Origin: a virus
Length of the DNA stretch: 48,653 nt
Virus genome (UHGV): UHGV-1372840
Direction: 5' to 3' (one strand)
Position numbers and translations under genes: made by a program. How positions within the stretch are numbered: position 1 is the stretch's first letter; the number at the start of each line of letters is the position of its first letter. A model generated the notes under the pieces. It saw nothing but the letters and a program-made list of their open reading frames with translations, ran no database searches and was not told the DNA's origin. This document shows positions 36,242 to 46,168 of this stretch, piece by piece.

Positions 36242-37662
36242 AACATGTACGCCTTACCTTGTCTGAATCGTTCCTCAACACGTCGCCACACGTCACCGAC
36301 AGTAATGTAACCTTTATGGTCCGTGTCAAGCCCTGCGTTCTGATTGTACGCTTTGGACGGTGATGAGTACATCACGGTTGTGGATGGTTTGCCGATGAAT
36401 GCCGGACTGAATACAGCCATGTACACATCACCCATTGTTTTGTAACGCCCTTTATACTGGTTGAGATAATCAGTAATCGGACCCCTCACCTGTTCGGCTG
36501 CGGTCATTGACAGGATGACATTTTTATTGCGTCCATATTTAGTCTGAAACGCACTCGTCCAGCCGGCATTAGTAAACTGAATCAGTCCTACCGCGCCGGA
36601 TTTGCTGTTCTTTGACTGTGGATTGAAGTTAGACTCTGCAGATATTACAGCCATAATCCAGTTGGGACTAATACCCAGACTTTGCCCAAGTTTACGTACC
36701 TCGGTGCGGAAATCCTGCTGCTGACTGGCATCCTCACCCTGCACGCCAACACGCCCGTAAATAAGACGATTACCAACATCAGTGTTCGTCGTGGTGGTAT
36801 CCATTGACCCGGCACGCACAGCTTTGACAAATGTGTACCAGTCAGGACCGTGTGTGTCTCCGGTATGCTGAATCGTCTGAACGTTCCAGTCACCTTCCAG
36901 TTTAGCGTCAACGGTTGACTGGAATTCTACCGCGCCGAAATCGAATTTAGGCCATTTCGATTCAATATTAAGCACCGATGCAGGTGTCATACGGGGGTCA
37001 AGACGCATCTTAACGTCACAGAATACACCATCAATGCCGCCGTGAAGCGTGGGCGCATCAATCATCCCGGTGGCGGAACTGATTTTGATGGGGGTGGCTT
37101 TACGGTCATCAGACGGAAATCCGACAAACACTTGACCAGCGTATAAATGCCATTCGAAGCCATACGCTTTAGCCAGAATGTCAAGTTCCTTACTTATATC
37201 GGAGCTGACATTATAGCCGCCAGCCATGACAATAGAGGTAAATTTGTCCTCACCATTGACAAGATACAGCGGCTTCGACCAGTCCTGTGCGAGACTGGTC
37301 AAGATATCAAACAATGTCACGCCCTTACCGAAACTCGCACTCGTTGTCCCACCGTCGAGCACGTTGCTACCGCTGCGACACGTCACACGGGTGATGATGT
37401 CAGTACCGTCACGAATGGTGAAAACGTTGGTGACAAATCCGGTAAAAATCTGACCGATGCGCGACTGATACCCCGCGCGAAAAACAACGGTTTGATTTGG
37501 CTCAATCTTCGTTGTCGGTGCAAGGTTCCACAAACGAAACTCGCAGGTACTCAGACTGTCGCCGGTATACGTTGTCACATCGAACGAGCACCGGAGCATC
37601 GGGTACGACTGTGTGATGAAATTCTTTGTGTCAATGAGTATTTCATACTGGCGCAAATCCAT
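36238..37662 (-). CDS. Tail/baseplate hub protein with C-terminal lytic transglycosylase (SLT) domain
   Basis: AVISAESNFNPQSKNSKSGAVGLIQFTNAGW is the SLT catalytic-Glu / GLMQ-type signature; 474 aa. Confidence 0.6.
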   Translation of the reverse strand: MDLRQYEILIDTKNFITQSYPMLRCSFDVTTYTGDSLSTCEFRLWNLAPTTKIEPNQTVVFRAGYQSRIGQIFTGFVTNVFTIRDGTDIITRVTCRSGSNVLDGGTTSASFGKGVTLFDILTSLAQDWSKPLYLVNGEDKFTSIVMAGGYNVSSDISKELDILAKAYGFEWHLYAGQVFVGFPSDDRKATPIKISSATGMIDAPTLHGGIDGVFCDVKMRLDPRMTPASVLNIESKWPKFDFGAVEFQSTVDAKLEGDWNVQTIQHTGDTHGPDWYTFVKAVRAGSMDTTTTNTDVGNRLIYGRVGVQGEDASQQQDFRTEVRKLGQSLGISPNWIMAVISAESNFNPQSKNSKSGAVGLIQFTNAGWTSAFQTKYGRNKNVILSMTAAEQVRGPITDYLNQYKGRYKTMGDVYMAVFSPAFIGKPSTTVMYSSPSKAYNQNAGLDTDHKGYITVGDVWRRVEERFRQGKAYML

Positions 37663-37664
37663 TG

Positions 37665-39002
37665 TCAGTAACTCCTTTGCCGGGTCTGGTCAATTGCCTG
37701 CGGATACACCTGCGTCTCAAGATGATTCACGGTATAACGACCAATTGCGTTACCGTCCAGTATCACGTCACCCTGTGTAGTGAAATTGCCGTTAAGCTGA
37801 ATCGGACGGTTTATGGACTCCATAATCTGAGTCAGTTGCTGACTTTGCTGCGCGTAATTATTAGTCACCGGACTTGCTTCAGCACCATACGAACCGTCGT
37901 TAGCACCCATTGCCCACGGGGGCAATTGTTCGTTGTTTACGCTGCCATTAATAATCGAATCATTAACGGACTTACCGTTATTATTGAGAAAATCCTGTGT
38001 GTTTTTGCCGACGTTCCGGGGGTCAAATCCTGTTTTATCGCCAATCCATGCGGCGGCTTTGTCAGCACTTCCCACCACATACTTGTCATACCATGAACCA
38101 CTAGAGATATCATCAATGAGGTCACGGTGATTGTTCATCCAGTTGGTTACACCACTGGCAAGCGTCAGCAGGTCATCAGCCAGGGTTTTAATGCTGGGCG
38201 CAAGAATATCGGCAATGGTGTTACCCAGCCCTTCCATTTTCTGTTGGGTGTCGAGAATAGTCTGATTGATTGCGTTCAGCGCGGCATTGTGCTGTTCAGT
38301 GTAACCCAGTTCAGCGGCACGGGCTTTCGACACTTCCAGCGTTGTAGCGCCGAACTCCTGCCATACCCTGACGGTAGCCGGGTCGAGACCTAAAACCTCC
38401 GCTACGTTGCTCTGACGCGTCGTATCGAGGCGCTGGAACTGTCCAGCAATGTCGCTGTAAATATCTTCGCGTGTACGCCCAGTGGGATTATCGACACGAA
38501 TTCCTGCAACCGCCAGTTGCTGAATCATCCCGGCATCACCGGTCTGAATGCGGTTAATCCCACGCTCGATATTTAAAAGGCTGTTTGTCGTTGCTTGTCG
38601 GTCGCCGCCGCGCTGTTCAGCCAGTGCACCAAGTCCGTAAACCTCAGTGGGTCCAAACTGGCTGGTCACGAGCTGGTTATTCAGGTCGTAAGCCTGTTGC
38701 GCTTTCTTCGACTCAAACGCCCACGCTGCGCCGACTCCCGCGGCAACACCTGACATCGCAAGTCCGGCAGCTTTGAAAGTGGTGACCAAACTCATAATGC
38801 GTGATTTTGAATTTTCTACGCCGGTCTTAACGCCCTTGTCAAGGGACTTACCGACATCGTCCATCTGGCTACCGGCTTGCTCCGCTGATTTGCCGAGATT
38901 GTCAATGTCTTTTTCAGCCTGTTCGGCACCCTTACCATCGTAAGAGATGCCGAGACCGATGAGGAACTGCGTGATGATGTTAGCCATTATTCGGGTACCC
39001 AC
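37665..39002 (-). CDS. Tape measure protein
   Basis: 445 aa, largely helical, Gln/Ala-rich; position between the chaperone and the hub. Confidence 0.5.
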   Translation of the reverse strand: MGTRIMANIITQFLIGLGISYDGKGAEQAEKDIDNLGKSAEQAGSQMDDVGKSLDKGVKTGVENSKSRIMSLVTTFKAAGLAMSGVAAGVGAAWAFESKKAQQAYDLNNQLVTSQFGPTEVYGLGALAEQRGGDRQATTNSLLNIERGINRIQTGDAGMIQQLAVAGIRVDNPTGRTREDIYSDIAGQFQRLDTTRQSNVAEVLGLDPATVRVWQEFGATTLEVSKARAAELGYTEQHNAALNAINQTILDTQQKMEGLGNTIADILAPSIKTLADDLLTLASGVTNWMNNHRDLIDDISSGSWYDKYVVGSADKAAAWIGDKTGFDPRNVGKNTQDFLNNNGKSVNDSIINGSVNNEQLPPWAMGANDGSYGAEASPVTNNYAQQSQQLTQIMESINRPIQLNGNFTTQGDVILDGNAIGRYTVNHLETQVYPQAIDQTRQRSY

Positions 39003-39283
39003 AGAAGATGGTTATCAACGCCGAGGTTATCAATGGTTACCTCATCACCCACGAAGAAGAAGCGGCCCAGTCCGGCGCGGTATGCCTTACTAACCTCAGC
39101 ATTTGGGACAAGCATTGCACCGGTGATGTAGTTAATACCATCCTGTGAGACAGTCATTGTCCACGCGGGCTTGTCGGTATAGCTGATGTAATCCAGCGCA
39201 AAGTCGAGAACATTGTCGCCCAGCTTGACCGTGAAGGTCTGATGAGAGTTGGACGCACCGTTATTTAGGGGAATTTCTTGCAT
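38987..39283 (-). CDS. Tail protein
   Basis: 98 aa coupled to the tape measure gene. Confidence 0.35.
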   Translation of the reverse strand: MQEIPLNNGASNSHQTFTVKLGDNVLDFALDYISYTDKPAWTMTVSQDGINYITGAMLVPNAEVSKAYRAGLGRFFFVGDEVTIDNLGVDNHLLWVPE

Positions 39284-39469
39284 TGTTTATCGCCTCAATA
39301 TACTTACCCTGCAACTCATCCATCGCAAAGTGAAATTGTTCGACTTCAGCAAGCGATATTGTACCATCTTTTAACTGCGCCCATGTACAAAGAGGTGGGC
39401 ACACTCCCTCGATACCCGTGCAAACACGCATAAAGTACCAGTTAACCGGGCTGGGTCGCCCGGTGCCCC

Positions 39470-39844
39470 TTACTCGTCTTTGTTTGCGTTTTGCACGTAA
39501 TCGAAAAAATCAGCGTAAACCCACAGAAACAATTCGGCCAGCAGAGTGTTGAAACTCATCATGCGTCCGGCAAAATCGGCAACATCGACCTTACGTTCCT
39601 GACCGGCGACGAAAGTTTTACTCAGTAACACTTCCGAAATGCGCTTTTTGACAACGTGCGGTAGCGTGGTGAGCATTAGGACAACATCCTTGACCGACAA
39701 TGTACCACCGTTCTTATAGACGTTCCCGGCGTGCACGATGAATTGTGCGCCAACCAATGACAAGATTTCGTCCTGCTCAATTGCGGACGGCATTGCGGCG
39801 TTGTATGTTGTGTCGCCCACTGTGAAAGATTTAACAAGTGACAT
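39470..39844 (-). CDS. Putative tail assembly chaperone
   Basis: 124 aa between the tube-side and tape-measure-side genes. Confidence 0.35.
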   Translation of the reverse strand: MSLVKSFTVGDTTYNAAMPSAIEQDEILSLVGAQFIVHAGNVYKNGGTLSVKDVVLMLTTLPHVVKKRISEVLLSKTFVAGQERKVDVADFAGRMMSFNTLLAELFLWVYADFFDYVQNANKDE

Positions 39845-39968
39845 TTTATTCCCCTCAGTTAGATATCATCAATTCTATCGTTAATCGTGACCATAAACAA
39901 ATCGATTTGAACGGGTCGCGATTTTCATCGAAAGTACACTCACACGAACAAGAGAGGAGATACAAAAT

Positions 39969-40685
39969 ATGAATGACTTAATGACTGTCGACGATGTACA
40001 AACGATGTCCAGCCGTGAGATTGCGGAATTGACAGGGAAGAACCACGCGGATGTGTGTCGGGATGTTCGCGTGATGCTAGCGGGTCTGTATGGTGGTCAG
40101 GCTTCCGAATACGTGCGTAAAGCAAATCTGCTTCACATTACAAATCAAGGGGTTAATTGTGAGAGGTACGACAACCAGAACCCAAACGCTTGGGAGTATC
40201 TATTAGACAGGCGACATACGGAAATTTTAGTCACCGGGTACGACGTGAAGCGAAGAGCTGCTGTAATCGACAGGTGGTTCGAGCTAGAAAGTAATAAAAG
40301 TAAACTATCGTTACCACAAAACTATATTCAAGCACTTGAAGCGCTGCTGGAAAGCGAGAAAGAGAAAGAACGTCTCGCACTAGAGAACAAGGAGATGACA
40401 CCAAAAGCAGACGTCTACGACCGGATTGTAGAACGCAATGGTCTCTATAACGCCACTCAGATCGCCCAGAAGTTCGGACAATCAGCGATATGGCTAAACA
40501 AACAACTAGCCTCGATGGACGTCTACAATCGCTCCGTGAAGCGTGGACGTGTATTTCAGCAATGGTTCATCGATAGAGGGTACGGGATAATGCGGGAGAC
40601 AGAGAATGGGTTCTCGCAACCCATGTTCTATGCTGAAGGTGAAATGTGGATCGTTAGAAAATTATCCGAAGAAGGTTTGATTTAA
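39969..40685 (+). CDS. Rha/KilAC antirepressor-like protein, copy 1
   Basis: N-terminal MSSREIAELTGKNHADVCRDVR is the Phage_pRha signature; C-terminal KilAC/ANT-type domain. Confidence 0.65.
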   Translation: MNDLMTVDDVQTMSSREIAELTGKNHADVCRDVRVMLAGLYGGQASEYVRKANLLHITNQGVNCERYDNQNPNAWEYLLDRRHTEILVTGYDVKRRAAVIDRWFELESNKSKLSLPQNYIQALEALLESEKEKERLALENKEMTPKADVYDRIVERNGLYNATQIAQKFGQSAIWLNKQLASMDVYNRSVKRGRVFQQWFIDRGYGIMRETENGFSQPMFYAEGEMWIVRKLSEEGLI

Positions 40686-40705
40686 GTTAAAACAACAGGG
40701 GAGAT

Positions 40706-40960
40706 GTGAAAATGTTAAACAAATTTGGAACCGGGTTGGTTGTTATCGTGGCTGCGGCAATTTACTGCAGTGGTGCCCACGGTGCTCAGAGCGAGCAATT
40801 CCAGATTTACGATGAGCAAACCGATACGATTTGCACGTATCATGAAAATGAATACGGTTACGCGGAAAGTGACGACCCGGCGTACATGGGTACCGGGATT
40901 TGCTGGCGTAAAGAAATGATGGACAAAGCGGACTTCCACATTCGGAGTAAAAGAAAATAA
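40706..40960 (+). CDS. Small secreted protein
   Basis: Signal peptide MKMLNKFGTGLVVIVAAAIYCSGAHGA; 84 aa. Confidence 0.4.
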   Translation: MKMLNKFGTGLVVIVAAAIYCSGAHGAQSEQFQIYDEQTDTICTYHENEYGYAESDDPAYMGTGICWRKEMMDKADFHIRSKRK

Positions 40961-41076
40961 CTAAGAGGTCAATTGTGATCAATCACATCGTTAATCGTGA
41001 TCATGAATAAATCGATTCGAACGGGTCGTGATTTTTATCGAAACTACACTCACACGAACAAGAGGGGAGAACAGAG

Positions 41077-41793
41077 ATGAACGATTTAGTAAACACAAAA
41101 TCGGAACTAACCATGTCTAGCCGCGAGATTGCGACGCTAGTTGAGAAGCGTCACGACAATGTTTGCAGAGACATTCGCTCAATGCTCTGCGCTCTACATG
41201 GTGGTCACGATGAAGATTATGTTCGTAACTCAAATTTGAGTTACGTTACGAATCATGGGGTTACGTGCATTCAGTATGATACCACCAACCCAAACGCATG
41301 GGAGTACCGGCTGGATAAAGATAACACCATCTGCCTGGTGTCAGGGTATAACGCTCAATTACGAATGAAGATAATCAAGCGTTGGCAAGAGCTGGAATCA
41401 CGGGTGAATACACCCGCACTACCACAAAACTATATTCAAGCACTTGAAGCGCTGCTGGAAAGCGAGAAAGAGAAAGAACGTCTCGCACTAGAGAACAAGG
41501 AGATGACACCAAAAGCAGACGTCTACGACCGGATTGTAGAACGCAATGGTCTCTATAACGCCACTCAGATCGCCCAGAAGTTCGGACAATCAGCGATATG
41601 GCTAAACAAACAACTAGCCTCGATGGACGTCTACAATCGCTCCGTGAAGCGTGGACGTGTATTTCAGCAATGGTTCATCGATAGAGGGTACGGGATAATG
41701 CGGGAGACAGAGAATGGGTTCTCGCAACCCATGTTCTATGCTGAAGGTGAAATGTGGATCGTTAGAAAATTATCCGAAGAAGGTTTGATTTAG
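41077..41793 (+). CDS. Rha/KilAC antirepressor-like protein, copy 2
   Basis: Same length as copy 1. The C-terminal 120 aa are identical at the nucleotide level; the N-terminal Rha domain has diverged. Confidence 0.65.
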   Translation: MNDLVNTKSELTMSSREIATLVEKRHDNVCRDIRSMLCALHGGHDEDYVRNSNLSYVTNHGVTCIQYDTTNPNAWEYRLDKDNTICLVSGYNAQLRMKIIKRWQELESRVNTPALPQNYIQALEALLESEKEKERLALENKEMTPKADVYDRIVERNGLYNATQIAQKFGQSAIWLNKQLASMDVYNRSVKRGRVFQQWFIDRGYGIMRETENGFSQPMFYAEGEMWIVRKLSEEGLI

Positions 41794-41806
41794 TTAACAA
41801 AATGAC

Positions 41807-41832
41807 TAAGGGGCCTGACGGCCCCTTTTGTT
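41807..41832. terminator. Bidirectional terminator GGGGCC-tgac-GGCCCC-TTTT
   Basis: Between the convergent antirepressor and tail-tube genes. Confidence 0.7.
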
Positions 41833-42248
41833 TAGCTTGCGGGACCCTTTGACGCAGTCCACGAACTGAACTCAAAAATCCACTGGTCATCGGTAATTGT
41901 CTGACCGCCGCGCCCGCGCGGACCATCGTTCACAATCACACCTTCTGTACCCACAGCGGCGTCAAGTGTGCCGATTTGAGTATAGGTCAACTCGATGTTG
42001 GCCTTACTCTGAAACAGTCCGTTAATATACGCGGAGTCAGCCGAACCGGGGTTTAGGTTCAGTGTGACACGACGACCCGGGTTGATACGGTCCAGACGAA
42101 TAGCATTACCACCCAGACCACGACGTAATACGGTGGATGCGTCAATCGGCTCATCGGTATACGGCGGGTCAGACTCCCCGAAATCAGAAATGATTCGGCC
42201 ATTTACAGTAATGACCGTGTTACTTGTGGAAAAGTTTTCTAATGACAT
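41832..42248 (-). CDS. Tail tube protein
   Basis: 138 aa directly after the sheath gene. Confidence 0.5.
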   Translation of the reverse strand: MSLENFSTSNTVITVNGRIISDFGESDPPYTDEPIDASTVLRRGLGGNAIRLDRINPGRRVTLNLNPGSADSAYINGLFQSKANIELTYTQIGTLDAAVGTEGVIVNDGPRGRGGQTITDDQWIFEFSSWTASKGPAS

Positions 42249-42261
42249 CGGTCATCCTCCA

Positions 42262-43395
42262 TTAATAAACATCCACCTGAACTTCACAAATTCTGACGCT
42301 ACCAGCTTTGAACACGCGCATGTTAATCGGTGCAGACTTACGTGCCGCGCGGTCAGAATCGGACAGGTCGAGAATATCCGTCGCTTTGGTCAGCACTTCG
42401 AAGCCATCGGTGTACGCTTCCAGACCAGTGTCGGGGCTGGTGTAATTGCGCGGGCCGAGATAGCGGTTACGGATGTACTGTTTACCGACACGTTTGGCCG
42501 CACCAATGAGCGCTTCCTGACCAACCGGAGTCTGCGGAAGTTTGGTGGTCTGGTTAACGATGGTGTTGTACAGTTCCACGCGCAGAGAGTTTACAAATGC
42601 GTCCAAATCGACGATATCGGAAATAGACTCACCGTAGGTACTGTGTGACCACGTCTGCAGCCAGCGACCGCTGTCGGTGCTGCCCTGCAGGTCAAGCACG
42701 CTGTAGAATGCGCAACGTTTGGCGACCATCGCGTTCTGTTCAGTGTCGGACAGGTCTTCGGCAGCAACACCCGGAGATTTCTTAAACTCAGTGTCAATAG
42801 TGCTGTTGTCGGCGCTGTAATTGACCGAGGCGGAATGCTTGATGAGTGCATAAGCCGCATACGGGTCGGTTGCATGAGCCACAGTGAACGCGTGACGATA
42901 GCCCAGCGTGTTCAGCTTCGAACAGATGTCATCACTGGCGTCCGGGTTGCGAATTTTAACCACAGCCTCACCGGTCTGACTGTTCGGGAACATGATGCTG
43001 TTCTCTTCACACCAGGATGCAATCGACAATACGTCCGCCTCTGTTGCCAGCACGTCTTTGGTAACGAGGGTCCAGTACCAGTAATGCTTGTCAAATGCTT
43101 TGGTCAGCGTTGCCTTGATATCAGCATCATCGTCAGCGGTAGCCCACACGGTGAGTTTCGGTACCGCCGGAGTAGAGCCGAGGAATTTGGCACCGGCCTT
43201 GTACGTCTCGGTTGTGGTGGCAAAGTCAGCAGCGAGGGAAGCGGTGGAATAGTAGGTGCGCACCGTGTCTTCGGTGAAACCTACCGGGAGTTCAGAGTTT
43301 TTGGCAAACAACATCGCGGAAGCGAAGTTTGCTGTACTCAATCCCACCGGGGAAATCCGGGTTGTAATCGGGATGATTTGTTCAATTGGAAACAT
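42262..43395 (-). CDS. Tail sheath protein (DUF3383-like)
   Basis: 377 aa upstream of the tube gene; composition and position consistent with the short sheath family of Mu-like myoviruses. Confidence 0.5.
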   Translation of the reverse strand: MFPIEQIIPITTRISPVGLSTANFASAMLFAKNSELPVGFTEDTVRTYYSTASLAADFATTTETYKAGAKFLGSTPAVPKLTVWATADDDADIKATLTKAFDKHYWYWTLVTKDVLATEADVLSIASWCEENSIMFPNSQTGEAVVKIRNPDASDDICSKLNTLGYRHAFTVAHATDPYAAYALIKHSASVNYSADNSTIDTEFKKSPGVAAEDLSDTEQNAMVAKRCAFYSVLDLQGSTDSGRWLQTWSHSTYGESISDIVDLDAFVNSLRVELYNTIVNQTTKLPQTPVGQEALIGAAKRVGKQYIRNRYLGPRNYTSPDTGLEAYTDGFEVLTKATDILDLSDSDRAARKSAPINMRVFKAGSVRICEVQVDVY

Positions 43396-43437
43396 GTTTA
43401 CGAGTCCTCGTAAGTTACAGTGTGCACACGTTGACCA

Positions 43438-44019
43438 TTATATCGAAATTTCACTGGATTGATAGTTCACGCCGGGTTCGGTATCAACATATCTTAACTG
43501 AAGCGTGCCGTTTTCGAAATATACCTGGTCCACACCCTCACCAATGGTGAAAGGAACGTGCAGAATGTTATTCACTGTCACTGTATTCACCGCTTCGTAA
43601 AGCAGTTTAACGATGATTTGCGCACGCTGTTCGAAGTTGCTCGCCTGCAGCGCTGTCAGGTTGTTGACCGGTTCAGTACCACCCCATCCGATACCAGCTT
43701 TCCACAGGGGCCAGCACACGTCCGGGCGCTTGTGACATTCCTTCAGCATTTCGGCGTACTGCATTGCTTCACCGCGGAAGAAATTAATTTCACAGGATGC
43801 GACAATCTGTGCGCGAATTTCATACACGATAGTGTCATTTGCGCCGTCGGTCATGATGATGTTCGCCTGACCACGTTCACGGATGCTCTGACGTGGCCGC
43901 ACAGACGCGTATGGGCCGTCCGGAGACGGTCCGTTAGGGTCGGCAAGGATACACTCGCTGACACCCGTCACGTTGAGTATGTGCGGTCTGAGAGCCGCAA
44001 AGATTTCATTGTTGGTCAT
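43438..44019 (-). CDS. Neck / tail completion protein
   Basis: 193 aa between the head-tail genes. Confidence 0.35.
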   Translation of the reverse strand: MTNNEIFAALRPHILNVTGVSECILADPNGPSPDGPYASVRPRQSIRERGQANIIMTDGANDTIVYEIRAQIVASCEINFFRGEAMQYAEMLKECHKRPDVCWPLWKAGIGWGGTEPVNNLTALQASNFEQRAQIIVKLLYEAVNTVTVNNILHVPFTIGEGVDQVYFENGTLQLRYVDTEPGVNYQSSEISI

Positions 44020-44359
44020 AGCGGTCCACGATTACCTTACAGTATTTACGCCACGGGCGATTGTCGGTGCGAATAACTTTCCAGCGCTGACCCAGGAACA
44101 CCCATTCACCATCAAGTGCTATTGAGTCGAGGTCGCCATTGTTGACGTATATTTTACGCGGGTCAACGATGCGCTGACCACCTTGTTGCAAGAAATCAAT
44201 TTCCTTGTCACTCAGTGGCTGAATGTTCACCGTGAATGCGATTGGTCCGGATGTCACGGGGGTCCAGACACCGTCCACGTATGAGCCAGATTTACCCACG
44301 TGTGTGGCCGGTACAGATTTAAACACGTTGTCAATATGACCACGCATTGACAGACTCAT
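44006..44359 (-). CDS. Neck / head-tail joining protein
   Basis: 117 aa. Confidence 0.35.
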   Translation of the reverse strand: MSLSMRGHIDNVFKSVPATHVGKSGSYVDGVWTPVTSGPIAFTVNIQPLSDKEIDFLQQGGQRIVDPRKIYVNNGDLDSIALDGEWVFLGQRWKVIRTDNRPWRKYCKVIVDRYDQQ

Positions 44360-45099
44360 AAGATAATCCCCAATCGTTTAAGATTTAAAACACATCGCTC
44401 GTGTCTCCAAATCTTATGCACATACGTAGGATTCATACCGTATTTAGCGGCTATTTCAGAAACAGGAACATGACCTTTAGACGTATAGACGTCGTATATG
44501 ACCTCATCGGAATACTTACTCTTTCGGTCGCCGTTCTCCCAACTTCTGGAAAGTGCATCAGATTTTTTCTTTCTGGTAGCATCGGTGTCTTTTTTACCGG
44601 TGTGTGCAGCTATCTGTCGGTTACGGTATGTTTCATCATTCCATTTTGCCAGCAACCCGTCACTTATTTTACTCCTGACAACGTCATTATCCATTCCCTT
44701 ACGGGTCGCTTCAGATATGGCTAACCTTTCGGATTCATTGTTGAATCTAATTTTCTGTACTTTTGAGTTATGCGCTCTCATTTCATCATTAGGCGTATAG
44801 CCGGGACACCCAGCGCCACCAGTACATATGTTAACCAAAATCCCGCCGTCTGAGATTCTACCGAAAAGTGATATCAGACTTTTCTCAGCATCGAAAGCAT
44901 CCGATTTATTCTCATAAGTCCCAATTATACGGTAGGAGAGACTGAGACCTTTCTCACGATGTTCATCCACTATTTTCTGAACTTCCGGTCTACCACCTCT
45001 CTTTCCAGAAAAATGCTGTTGGGGCCTATCTTCCCTACCCGCCCCAACATAAAACGGAATCCCATCGTGGTTCATTAGCACGTATGTTACATATTTCAT
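44356..45099 (-). CDS. GIY-YIG homing endonuclease with NUMOD-like C-terminal repeats
   Basis: YVTYVLMNHDGIPFYVGAG...R...E core; repeated K-S-D-x-L-x-x-x-W-E NUMOD3-like motifs; C-terminal HTH. Confidence 0.65.
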   Translation of the reverse strand: MKYVTYVLMNHDGIPFYVGAGREDRPQQHFSGKRGGRPEVQKIVDEHREKGLSLSYRIIGTYENKSDAFDAEKSLISLFGRISDGGILVNICTGGAGCPGYTPNDEMRAHNSKVQKIRFNNESERLAISEATRKGMDNDVVRSKISDGLLAKWNDETYRNRQIAAHTGKKDTDATRKKKSDALSRSWENGDRKSKYSDEVIYDVYTSKGHVPVSEIAAKYGMNPTYVHKIWRHERCVLNLKRLGIIL

Positions 45100-45596
45100 A
45101 ATCCACCGTCCGGCTTTTCACTTGTCACCTTGTATGTTATGGATTGTAACAAAGAACCTGTATCAATTAAAGGATTGTCCGAACCTTTCTGTTCGATTGT
45201 GTAATCGCTGTTCGGTGGCGTGCGAAGGTCAGTCATGTACTGCTGCACCGCACCGGCTGCGAATGCGCCCACTTGTTCAAGCACATGGTCAAGCGGTAAA
45301 TCATTAGCCACGCCGTGAGCGATGGTGTCCACGATGTCCTGCTTACCGCTCTGTACACCGGGTATCAGCCAGGGGCGCGGTGGAATAGGTGCGGGATTAC
45401 CGTATAGCTTGTTATTCGGGTTACCGTAATTTAGCAATGCGCCAAGCTGTGCGTTAGTGATTCCCGAGTCAGGATGTTCACCCGCGTCCGAATGGATTCC
45501 GACAGTCACAGTCTTCTGACTGGCTTTAGCGTATTGCTCCAGTTTCGAACGTATTGCCTGTTTGGCTTGCCGCAGCGCTTTGATGTTGACCGACAT
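45096..45596 (-). CDS. Virion morphogenesis / head completion protein
   Basis: 166 aa; first gene of the tail/neck operon; GAGGAGGG RBS. Confidence 0.4.
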   Translation of the reverse strand: MSVNIKALRQAKQAIRSKLEQYAKASQKTVTVGIHSDAGEHPDSGITNAQLGALLNYGNPNNKLYGNPAPIPPRPWLIPGVQSGKQDIVDTIAHGVANDLPLDHVLEQVGAFAAGAVQQYMTDLRTPPNSDYTIEQKGSDNPLIDTGSLLQSITYKVTSEKPDGGL

Positions 45597-45757
45597 CGCG
45601 TACCCTCCTCACGTTTGTCAAGACATTATCACACAACGCCACAATAAAGCCACAGAATGCGGGTTTCGGAGTAAAAGCAGTACGATTCACTACCTTTTCG
45701 TTCGGAAGCCAGTGTTTTATGTCAATACCCTTAATACCCCCATCCATAATCCTCTGT

Positions 45758-45960
45758 GGGGTATGAAAAACTCCTTAGTTTTCATTACTATATATTACTA
45801 TACCCCTATACCCCTATAAAATAGTAATTAATATAGTAGTAAGATAGTAAAAGAATGTATATATACAGCATACAAACAGTAATAAAAGAGAAGGGAGAAT
45901 ATAGCAAGAATGTACGGGGTTTTCGGTTATGCGCGTAAGCTGCTGATTGTGAAAGTAAAA
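45758..45960. repeat. Copy B of the roughly 200 bp direct repeat
   Basis: See copy A; upstream of the leftward tail operon. Confidence 0.85.
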
Positions 45961-46038
45961 TTCATACCCCGTGGTTGGGGTTGGATGAGGGTATTTTCGG
46001 GTAATCGTTCATTTTTTTGTACAGAATAAAATTACAGT

Positions 46039-46168
46039 AATTATACGGTAGTACACTATAATTATATTGTACTACAAAGTTGTTCACTTTTTGATCGGAA
46101 TGAAATTATACGGTAGTACACTATAATTATATTGTACTACAAAGTTGTTCACTTTTTGATCGGAATGA
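46039..46168. repeat. Tandem 2 x 65 bp direct repeat, each with an internal palindrome GTAGTACA-N13-GTACTAC
   Basis: Exact duplication of ATTATACGGTAGTACACTATAATTATATTGTACTACAAAGTTGTTCACTTTTTGATCGGAATGAA. Confidence 0.85.

Noticed and set aside
39261-39431. 57 aa Cys-containing ORF between the chaperone gene and 38987..39283; possible programmed frameshift partner
   Set aside because: No slippery heptamer seen and a 186 nt gap from the chaperone stop. It could be a real small gene, but the evidence is weak.
39969-41793. Temperate lifestyle inferred from the antirepressor genes
   Set aside because: No integrase, CI/Cro-like pair, excisionase or attachment site is visible in the window. Rha/KilAC genes also occur in virulent phages.
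46039-46168. CRISPR array
   Set aside because: Only two contiguous identical 65 bp units with no spacers; no cas genes.
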